Shown: positions 15,841-23,339 of the stretch, piece by piece
Numbering within the stretch: the first letter of the stretch is position 1
Layout: every line of letters begins with the position of its first letter
Assembly: GCA_947440895.1 (NCBI GenBank)
Contig: CANETO010000001.1
Span: 1 to 26,427, forward strand
Length of the DNA: 26,427 nt
Reading direction: 5' to 3'
Source: Planctomycetaceae bacterium
GTDB lineage: Bacteria > Planctomycetota > Planctomycetia > Pirellulales > UBA1268
Translations under genes and position numbers: made by a program
Notes under the pieces: generated by a model
What the model was told of the DNA's origin: nothing
Database searches by the model: none
Seen by the model: only the letters and a program-made list of their open reading frames with translations

Positions 15841-17277
15841 TCAGAGGGCGCGGCGGTGCCGCTTCGGAGCCCTGCCCTTGCCAAGGAGCGCCGCCGCCGA
15901 TGGCTTTTTGGGTGCAGCGGCCTCTTCTGCGGCGGCCTCGTCCGCCACCAGTGCCCCAACCTTGGCGGCGAGACCACTCTCCCCCACGGCCACCCGGGGC
16001 AGTTCCGTCTTGGGTCGGCGATCGAACGCCTCAAAACCCGCGATCTCGTCCCGTTTGAGCAGCCGTTCGATCCGCATCTCAATCCGAGTGAGTTGCGGCC
16101 CCTCCTCGGGACTGACAAACGTGTAGGCGACTCCCTCGCGGCCCATGCGACCGGTTCGGCCCACCCGATGCACGTAGTCGTCGCAGAACTCGGGGATGTC
16201 GTAATTGATGATGTGCGACACCCCTGACACGTCGATGCCGCGGCCCACCACGTCGGTGGCAACAAGAATGCGGACCGTGCCATCACGGAACTGTTTCATC
16301 GCACGGTCCCGAGCCCCTTGTGGCAGGTCGCCGTGGATACAAGCCACCTCATCGGGGTGGCCGCTCTGACTGGCATGGCGACTGCGACGACGCGAGAGCC
16401 GCTCAAAAATCTTGTCAGTCCCCCGTTTGGTCCTGCAGAACACGATCACCTGCCGCGGGTTCTCCCGCTCGAGGAGACGCTCCAACAGATCGAACTTCCG
16501 TACGGGCTCGACAGTGAAATAGGCCTGTTCGATGGTCTCTACGGCCAGTTCGTTGACCGAAAAATCGAGGATCTCAGGATTCCGCATGTAGCGGGTGGCG
16601 AGTTTGGCCACGGGGGCAGGCACCGTGGCAGAGAGAAGCAGTGTCTGCCGACTTTCGGGGCAGCGTCGGAGGATCTTCTCGATGTCTGGACGGAAGCCGA
16701 TATCGAGCATCCGATCGGCCTCATCGAGCGTGACGATCTCGAGGTCCGAAAATGTCAGCGTGCCCCGGCTCATGTGATCGAGCACGCGGCCCGGCGTCCC
16801 GACAATCACCGCAGGATGCTTGGCCAACTTGTCGATCTGCCCCTTGATCGGCTTGCCGCCATAGACGGCCACGCAGTGAATTTTGGAACCGTGGGCCAGT
16901 TTCTCGAACTCATCCCGCACCTGCACGGCGAGTTCTCTGGTCGGCACGAGCACGAGGGCCCTCGGCCCGCCACCACGCCCCGGATGCAGCATGCGCTCCA
17001 GAATAGGAAGCACAAACGACGCCGTCTTGCCGGTGCCTGTGCGAGCCTGTCCGAGCACGTCGATTCCGGTCAGGGCCCGCGGGATTAGCCCCGCCTGTAC
17101 GGGCGTGGGGGTCGTATAGCCGGCCCGGTCGACGGCGGCCATCGTGGCGTCTGACAGACCCATCGTGCGAAAGCTGCCAACCGAACTACCGACATCCTGA
17201 CGGACGACATCAGAAGATGCTTCAGGGAATGCGTCCACCTGATCCGTCCACGGGCCACCACGCTCATTCACAGACAC
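15841..17277 (-). CDS. DEAD-box ATP-dependent RNA helicase
   Basis: Q motif (GYTTPTPVQ), [36 protein letters not shown] and [13 protein letters not shown] 17277 lies 6 nt after AGAGGA (478 aa). The ORF-track start at 17595 lies inside sdhB. Confidence 0.96.
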   Translation of the reverse strand: MSVNERGGPWTDQVDAFPEASSDVVRQDVGSSVGSFRTMGLSDATMAAVDRAGYTTPTPVQAGLIPRALTGIDVLGQARTGTGKTASFVLPILERMLHPGRGGGPRALVLVPTRELAVQVRDEFEKLAHGSKIHCVAVYGGKPIKGQIDKLAKHPAVIVGTPGRVLDHMSRGTLTFSDLEIVTLDEADRMLDIGFRPDIEKILRRCPESRQTLLLSATVPAPVAKLATRYMRNPEILDFSVNELAVETIEQAYFTVEPVRKFDLLERLLERENPRQVIVFCRTKRGTDKIFERLSRRRSRHASQSGHPDEVACIHGDLPQGARDRAMKQFRDGTVRILVATDVVGRGIDVSGVSHIINYDIPEFCDDYVHRVGRTGRMGREGVAYTFVSPEEGPQLTRIEMRIERLLKRDEIAGFEAFDRRPKTELPRVAVGESGLAAKVGALVADEAAAEEAAAPKKPSAAALLGKGRAPKRHRRAL

Positions 17278-17359
17278 TCGGTATCCTCTTTTGAAAGGCT
17301 CACTGGCCGCGCATAAGACCCCAGCACGAATCAGCAAACGACCGGATTTATACCGGTGA

Positions 17360-17388
17360 AAACTACCACGACGGCACCACCACGGCAA
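17360..17388 (-). promoter_or_regulatory. Putative sigma70-type promoter for the helicase-udg unit
   Basis: Minus strand TTGCCG (17383-17388)-N17-TAGTTT (17360-17365), with an extended TG element. Confidence 0.5.
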
Positions 17389-17438
17389 ACGCGGCCGCAA
17401 AATCAAGGGCAACGAACGTACAGTTCTCTCAATCGAGG

Positions 17439-17458
17439 CCGCCTGGAGCCAAAGGCGG
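17439..17458 (-). terminator. Possible hairpin downstream of sdhB (weak terminator candidate)
   Basis: CCGCCT/AGGCGG 6-bp stem with an 8-nt loop, 16 nt after the sdhB stop; no U-tract. Confidence 0.2.
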
Positions 17459-17474
17459 TTCCTGCCGCAGCCAG

Positions 17475-18389
17475 CTAGCGATCGAAGATTTTTCGGATGG
17501 CCCAGACCGTGGCTGCCCGTCCTGCCCGGGCAATCGACCGCGTCAGAGGGATGCTCTTCGGACACACGGCCACGCAGTTCTGCGCGTTGCCGCACATCTG
17601 GATGCCACCCTGCGCCGTGAGCGCCGTCAGCCGCTCGTCGGCGATCATTTTGCCTGTCGGATGGCCGTTGAACAGCATGGCCTGACTGATAGCGTGAGCC
17701 CCCACAAAGCCGGCGTCGAATGCCGCCGTTCGGCGGGCTTCGAAGTCATCGGCAGACTCGTCTTCGCGGCGAACGAGTTCGATCTTCGTGAATTGAGGAC
17801 AGGCCTCCAGGCAGCAGCCGCAACTGATGCAGGTGGCCAAGGGATAGGCATCCTCCTGATTCTCCGGAGAGATCCGCGGGCCGGGGCCATGGTCATAGGA
17901 GTCATCGACGGGCACCCATGCCTTGACTCTCTCGAGCGAGTGAAACAGCCTGCCGCGATCAACAACGAGGTCGCGGACCACTGGAAACTTCGACATGGGC
18001 CGCAGTTCGATCTCATCGGCAGACTCGTCAAGGAGCCTGTCCACCAGCGCCGAACAGGCCATCCGGGTGCGGCCGTTGATCAGCATGGTGCAGGAACCGC
18101 AGACCTCTTCAAGACAGTTGCAGTCCCATGCCACCGGGGCCACGCGTCGGCCATCCCGCGACTTCGCCTGGGCAGCCACCTGCTGGAGGATGCTGATGAC
18201 ATTCATGTTGGCCACGTAGGGAATCTCAAACCGTTCCCAATAGCTCTCCTCGCCGGGGGCGTCCTGCCTCAGGATCCGTACACGAACGAACCGCTGCGGG
18301 GCGGAGTGCCCATTGCCACCGTGATCGGCCGGCGACTGCGATGGCTGACCGCCATCGTGGTGTCCAGTTGATTCAACTGACCTGATCAT
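17475..18389 (-). CDS. sdhB: Succinate dehydrogenase iron-sulfur subunit
   Basis: CLEEVCGSC...C, CISCGCCLEACP and CGNAQNCVAVCP Fe-S motifs. ATG 18389 follows GGAGG (304 aa). Confidence 0.96.
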   Translation of the reverse strand: MIRSVESTGHHDGGQPSQSPADHGGNGHSAPQRFVRVRILRQDAPGEESYWERFEIPYVANMNVISILQQVAAQAKSRDGRRVAPVAWDCNCLEEVCGSCTMLINGRTRMACSALVDRLLDESADEIELRPMSKFPVVRDLVVDRGRLFHSLERVKAWVPVDDSYDHGPGPRISPENQEDAYPLATCISCGCCLEACPQFTKIELVRREDESADDFEARRTAAFDAGFVGAHAISQAMLFNGHPTGKMIADERLTALTAQGGIQMCGNAQNCVAVCPKSIPLTRSIARAGRAATVWAIRKIFDR

Positions 18390-18464
18390 CGTTTGATGCT
18401 CCTCCGCACACGGAAACCGCACACTGCTCAACGCACGCTCGTCCGACCGTCATCATGTCACTTG

Positions 18465-20468
18465 TCAGCCAGTCGCTCCGGCAAACGCCGCCGGCCCCTT
18501 GTGGGCGTTCCCACCAACAGTCGCAGCGTTTTGCCGCTCCTTCCAGACATCTTCGATCTCCTCCCCGCCCACCAGACCATACAGCCGTGGCCGTGGGGGA
18601 GTCAGAGACGTGTCGACGTCCTGATACGATATCTCCGGTTCGCCCCCCGGACCACATGCGGCCACCGTCGACTTCAGCCACCGACGCGTATTCGCCTCGA
18701 ACCGATCGCACCAGGCCTCTGCTTCGCGACGTTTCTCTACCGGATCAGTGGCGTGGATGCCGGGCATTGCGAAGTCTGGCTTGTAGTGGGCTCCGCGGCA
18801 TTCGTCGCGCTGGAGCGCCCCCTTGAGGACCAGCTTGGCGAGCGGAAACATATCGCCAAGAGACTTCGTGAAGACGACATTCTGGTTCGTCCAATTCCCC
18901 GAGTCCGATACCGCGCACCTCCTCCAACGCTCCTCCAGCGAACAGACCTCTGCATAGGCGGCGGCCAACTGGTCGTTGCGGCGGACCACCGTGGCCACGC
19001 GAGTCATCAGATTGCCCAGTTGCTGGTGAAGGTCGTAAGGGTTTTCATCGCCGGCCGTCCGTACGAGCAGAGCCCTGTGGCGTTCTTCCTCGCGGCGCAA
19101 CCCCGAATCGAAGAGCCGCGACGATTCCTCAGCAGCCTTCTTGCCGCCAGAGTCGCAGCTCGCGATCACCCCCGGCGCACAGAACAAACCGCTGAAAATA
19201 CAGGAGAGCAGCGAATTCGCACCGAGCCGGTTGGCACCGTGGTACTGATAGTCGCATTCGCCGATGGCGTACAGCCCGGGAATGTTGGTCTGCTGATTTC
19301 GCGGCGAGCCCTCCACGAGGCCGCCCGTGCTGCTCTTTTCATAGTCGACCCACAGGCCGCCCATTGAATAGTGAACGGCCGGGAAAATCTTCATCGGAAC
19401 GACCCGCGGGTCGACCCCCTGGAACTTTTCGTAGATTTCCAGAATGCCGCCCAACTTGCGGTCAAGCGTCTCACGCGGGACATGCGTGAGATCGAGATAG
19501 ACGCAGAGCCGATCCTTCTCGACGGACAGTCCCTCGTTGGTGCAGATGTCGAAGATCTCGCGGGTCGCGATGTCGCGGGGCACGAGATTGCCGTACTTCG
19601 GATACCGCTCTTCGAGAAAGTAACTCCGTTCCGACTCGGGGATGTCCCGGGGATCACGGGGATCGTGCGGCGTCTTGGGAACCCACACACGGCCCCCCTC
19701 GCCGCGGGCGCTCTCGCTCATCAGCCGCAGCTTGTCGGCACCCGGGATGGCGGTGGGGTGCACCTGAATAAACTCCCCGTTGCCATACCAGGCCCCGGCC
19801 CGGTAGGCCCGGCTGACGGCGCTGCCGTTACAGACCATCGACATGGTCGAACGCCCGAACAGTAATCCACAGCCCCCGGTCGCGATGATCACCGCATCGG
19901 CAGGGAACGCGCGGAACTGCATGGTGACGAGATCCTGGCAGATCGCACCACGGCACCGGCCCGCATCATCGAGCACCGGCTCCAGGAAATCCCAAAATTC
20001 CCACTTTTTGACTTTGCCTTCCACCTCCCAGCGGCGGACCTGCTCATCCAGCGAATAGAGCAACTGCTGGCCCGTTGTGGCGCCGGCAAAGGCGGTCCGC
20101 TTGAAGAGCGTGCCGCCGAACCGCCGCTGATCACGAAAGCCCTCGGGGGTGCGGTTGAAGGGCACGCCGAGCCGATCCATGAGGTCCACGATCCGGGGCC
20201 CCCAGTCGGCCATCTCCTTGACGGGCGGCTGGTGCTGCAGGAAATCGCCTCCGTAGACGGTGTCGTCGAAGTGCTTCCACTCATTGTCGCCCTGCTGCCG
20301 AGTGAGGGAATTGACGCTGTTGATCCCGCCCTGGGCGCACACGCTGTGCGATCGTTTGACAGGGACAAGGCTGACCAGGTCGACCTGGACGCCGAGTTCT
20401 GCCAGCCGCATGGTGGCGGAAAGGCCGGCCAATCCACCGCCGATCACGAGGACTCTGGGTTGTGCCAT
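18465..20468 (-). CDS. sdhA: Succinate dehydrogenase flavoprotein subunit
   Basis: VIGGGLAG, RSHSVCAQGG (covalent FAD His), EFIQVHPT, SESARGEG, HYSMGG and HGANRLGANSL motifs. ATG 20468 follows AGGAG (667 aa). Confidence 0.98.
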   Translation of the reverse strand: MAQPRVLVIGGGLAGLSATMRLAELGVQVDLVSLVPVKRSHSVCAQGGINSVNSLTRQQGDNEWKHFDDTVYGGDFLQHQPPVKEMADWGPRIVDLMDRLGVPFNRTPEGFRDQRRFGGTLFKRTAFAGATTGQQLLYSLDEQVRRWEVEGKVKKWEFWDFLEPVLDDAGRCRGAICQDLVTMQFRAFPADAVIIATGGCGLLFGRSTMSMVCNGSAVSRAYRAGAWYGNGEFIQVHPTAIPGADKLRLMSESARGEGGRVWVPKTPHDPRDPRDIPESERSYFLEERYPKYGNLVPRDIATREIFDICTNEGLSVEKDRLCVYLDLTHVPRETLDRKLGGILEIYEKFQGVDPRVVPMKIFPAVHYSMGGLWVDYEKSSTGGLVEGSPRNQQTNIPGLYAIGECDYQYHGANRLGANSLLSCIFSGLFCAPGVIASCDSGGKKAAEESSRLFDSGLRREEERHRALLVRTAGDENPYDLHQQLGNLMTRVATVVRRNDQLAAAYAEVCSLEERWRRCAVSDSGNWTNQNVVFTKSLGDMFPLAKLVLKGALQRDECRGAHYKPDFAMPGIHATDPVEKRREAEAWCDRFEANTRRWLKSTVAACGPGGEPEISYQDVDTSLTPPRPRLYGLVGGEEIEDVWKERQNAATVGGNAHKGPAAFAGATG

Positions 20469-20512
20469 GATGCTCGGGCTCCTGGGTGGGCCAGGGCTGA
20501 TCAAGAGGTTGA

Positions 20513-21358
20513 TCAGCCGCCTGACGGGGTGCGGGGTACGGATCCGGACGTGGGCACGACCGGGGCGGCTGTCTCAGACGTGTGAACGGCCGGAGCCTGA
20601 CCGTGCGACGGTGATGACTCGAGCGGCGACTGACCGCCTTCCAACATCCGCTTCACGTCCTCCATCCGAGTTTCAATCACTTTCGCCTGCTCAACATCGA
20701 CGCTTCGCATGCCGCCGAGCGCGCCGAGACCGGCTCCACCAAGCAGCACGCCCACCATGATGCTGATCCAGTTTGCCCGTCGCATGGCTCCCGGACTCGT
20801 CCACAGGCCCCAGGTGATGCCCAGCGTCCAAAGGCCGTTGGAGAAGTGAAACACCGTCGACAGGATGCCCACCGCATAGAGGATGGTAATCAGGAGCGGC
20901 CGCAAGACCACGGCTGCGGAACTCGTGGCGTGGTGAGGATCAAACCTGCCACCGCCGAACGGCGTGCCCAGCCAGTGCAGTTGCGTGATGTGCCAGATGA
21001 TGAAGACGAAGGCAATCATGCCGGTTGCCCGCTGCAGCGTGTAGCGGACGTTGCCGACATAGGAATAGGAGCCGACGTTCGGCAGGCCGTTGGCGATGAT
21101 CACGAACCCGACCACGGCATGGAAGAGCATCGGCAGGAAAATGAACGCCCACTCGATGGGCACGAGCAGCGGTCCGAGCGAATGGATCATGTCCACTCGC
21201 GACTGGAAGACCCCCGGACCGGCCAGCACTGAGGCATTGGTGAGGAGATGCACTACCAAGAAGGCCCCGACCGGCATCAGTCCCGCCAACGAGAACAACC
21301 GGTAGATCAGAAACTGGTGCCGGGCAAGAAAGGACTGGGATGGGTCGTTCGCGGTCAC
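20513..21358 (-). CDS. sdhC: Succinate dehydrogenase cytochrome b558 subunit (single membrane anchor, diheme type)
   Basis: RLFSLAGLMPVGAFLVVHLLTN, FHAVVG, LQRATG, WHITQL and FHFSNGLW; four candidate heme His; first gene of the sdhCAB order. Confidence 0.93.
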   Translation of the reverse strand: MTANDPSQSFLARHQFLIYRLFSLAGLMPVGAFLVVHLLTNASVLAGPGVFQSRVDMIHSLGPLLVPIEWAFIFLPMLFHAVVGFVIIANGLPNVGSYSYVGNVRYTLQRATGMIAFVFIIWHITQLHWLGTPFGGGRFDPHHATSSAAVVLRPLLITILYAVGILSTVFHFSNGLWTLGITWGLWTSPGAMRRANWISIMVGVLLGGAGLGALGGMRSVDVEQAKVIETRMEDVKRMLEGGQSPLESSPSHGQAPAVHTSETAAPVVPTSGSVPRTPSGG

Positions 21359-21456
21359 AAACTGCCTCGCTGCACTGTATTGGGCGGCCGAATCGATGCC
21401 GGTGATTCACGCGGCAGGCGGAGGTGCCTTCCGCCGGGAACCAAGAGTATACGGGG

Positions 21457-21484
21457 AGTATAGATTTGGCGACGGACGCGGCAA
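21457..21484 (-). promoter_or_regulatory. Putative sigma70-type promoter for sdhCAB
   Basis: Minus strand TTGCCG (21479-21484)-N16-TATACT (21457-21462); a second TATACT lies 11 bp downstream (21446-21451). Confidence 0.55.
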
Positions 21485-21498
21485 CGGCGACACTGCAT

Positions 21499-21527
21499 TT
21501 GGCGAGCCTCACGTCTGATTTTATACT
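21499..21527 (+). promoter_or_regulatory. Putative sigma70-type promoter for the PAS-GAF-REC gene
   Basis: TTGGCG (21499-21504)-N17-TATACT (21522-21527), back to back with the sdhC promoter. Confidence 0.55.
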
Positions 21528-21564
21528 TCTGTCGAGTGTTCGACCGGTGCGCGGAGGGTCGTTG

Positions 21565-23121
21565 GTGCCGAATCCAGTTCCATCTTCGGAGAGCTATCCC
21601 CCCCCCGGGTCGTGTGATGCCGGGGCGGTTCTGGAGCACCTCCCGGATGGCATCGCGCTGGTTCGCGGCGATACCACCATCGTCTGGTCGAATGGCCTGT
21701 TGGCACACTGGTGCCACAAGACCGATCTTCGGGGCCTCACTTTTTTTGATGCGCTCGACAGGCCGGAGATTCTTGGGACCGATGCGGGCATCTTTGCCGC
21801 GACGATCGCCACCGGCCGCACGATGTCAGCAACCCTGCGGACCGCCGACAACCGGTATTTCCATCTGCAGGCCGCGGCCTACACCGCCGACGCAGACGGC
21901 CCCGTCGCCGTCGCCGCGGTGCGAGATGTCACGCACACGATCCTCGAGCAGCAGAAACTCGCGGCCATCCATCAGGCGGGCCAGCAGCTCGCCGATCTGG
22001 CACCGGCCGAACTGGCCGACATGACCGTCGAGGAGCGAATCGATCTGCTCAAGAGCAACATTCTTTTCTACTCGAAGGATCTGCTGCAGTTCGACGTCGT
22101 CGAGATCCGACTGCTCGATCGGCAGACGGGCCGACTGGAACCGCTGCTCGCCGTGGGGATGCAACCCGCCGCGGAGAGCCGCGTCCTCTATGCACGGCCG
22201 GAACACAACGGCGTGACCGGCTATGTGGCTGCCACAGGGAGCAGCTATTTCTGTAACGACACCACGAAAGACCCGCTCTACCTTGAGGGCTTTAAAGGGG
22301 CAAAAAGCTCTCTGACAGTGCCCCTGATGCTGCACGAGCAGGTGATCGGCACGTTCAACGTCGAAAGCCCGGAGCCGGGCGGTTTCTCGGAGACGGACCT
22401 GCGGTTTCTCGAAATCTTCTCTCGCGATGTGGCCGCCGCCCTCAACACACTCGAGCTGCTCGTGGCCGAAAAGGCTTCGACCGCGGCGGAAAGCATCGAA
22501 GCCATTCACGGTGCCGTGGCGTTGCCGGTCGATGACATTCTGAACGATGCCGTCAGCGTCATGGAACGCTACATCGGGCATGATGCGGATGTTGTGGAAC
22601 GGCTTCAGCGGATTCTCCGCAATGCCCGCGATATCAAGCAGGTGATTCAAAAAGTCGGCGAACAGATGACGCCCAGCTCAGCCCATGCCCAGCGGCGACA
22701 GGGCGATCGCCATCCGACACTCGCCGACCGCCGTATTCTCGTCGTGGATGCCGATGAACAGGTTCGAGCCGCGGCGCATGCGTTGCTTGAGCGATATGGT
22801 TGCACCGTCGAGACGGCCCGCGACGGCACGGAAGCGGCTTCGATGGTGCGAGCCTGCGGTGCCGAGGCATACGATGTGATCATCGCCGACATCCGCCTGC
22901 CCGACATGAGTGGCTATCAGCTCCTTGTCAGACTCCGGGAGTTGCGGGATGTCGTGCCGCTCGTGCTGATGACCGGATTCGGATACGACCCGGGCCACTC
23001 CATCGTCAAAGCCCGGCAGGCGGGCATCGACCTCGTGCTCTTCAAGCCGTTCCGGGTCGATCAGCTGCTCGAGACGGTGGAAAAGGTGCTCGGACGCTCT
23101 GTCGCGCGTGCATCCGAGTGA
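21565..23121 (+). CDS. PAS-GAF-receiver signalling protein without a kinase catalytic or output domain
   Basis: PAS (LEHLPDGIALV...IVWSN), GAF (SSLTVPLMLHEQVIGTFNVES...DLRFLEIF), a helical linker and a receiver domain (ILVVDAD, IIADIRLPDMSG, LMTG, FKPF). GTG 21565 lies 7 nt after GGAGG (518 aa). Confidence 0.88.
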   Translation: MPNPVPSSESYPPPGSCDAGAVLEHLPDGIALVRGDTTIVWSNGLLAHWCHKTDLRGLTFFDALDRPEILGTDAGIFAATIATGRTMSATLRTADNRYFHLQAAAYTADADGPVAVAAVRDVTHTILEQQKLAAIHQAGQQLADLAPAELADMTVEERIDLLKSNILFYSKDLLQFDVVEIRLLDRQTGRLEPLLAVGMQPAAESRVLYARPEHNGVTGYVAATGSSYFCNDTTKDPLYLEGFKGAKSSLTVPLMLHEQVIGTFNVESPEPGGFSETDLRFLEIFSRDVAAALNTLELLVAEKASTAAESIEAIHGAVALPVDDILNDAVSVMERYIGHDADVVERLQRILRNARDIKQVIQKVGEQMTPSSAHAQRRQGDRHPTLADRRILVVDADEQVRAAAHALLERYGCTVETARDGTEAASMVRACGAEAYDVIIADIRLPDMSGYQLLVRLRELRDVVPLVLMTGFGYDPGHSIVKARQAGIDLVLFKPFRVDQLLETVEKVLGRSVARASE

Positions 23122-23151
23122 TCGCAGCCCAACACCAGCCGCCGACGACGA

Positions 23152-23180
23152 GCGATGAGCCCCCTCTTTCGGGTCATCGC
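23152..23180 (+). terminator. Strong hairpin after the PAS-GAF-REC gene (terminator or stabiliser candidate)
   Basis: GCGATGA-G-CCC-CTCTTTC-GGG-TCATCGC; 10 bp of stem with one bulge; no U-tract. Confidence 0.35.
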
Positions 23181-23339
23181 GAATAGCCGCGACTGCGCGA
23201 AAAGGTGCTGTATTGGCCGCTCTGGAAGTCTGGACAGGCTGGGGGGCACCACTGGCGTGACCTGCCCTTGACCCGACTTCACGCCGACAGGTACCTCTCC
23301 CGCCTGCGAGACCGGTCCTGCGCACAGGAAGCAGCATCA

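Noticed and set aside
17278-17595. N-terminal extension of the helicase ORF in the track
   Set aside because: It overlaps sdhB and the predicted promoter; a good SD precedes GTG 17277.
18393-19367. 324-aa plus-strand ORF
   Set aside because: Antisense shadow of sdhA.
21424-21564. N-terminal extension of the PAS-GAF-REC ORF in the track
   Set aside because: It spans both predicted promoters; GGAGG precedes GTG 21565.
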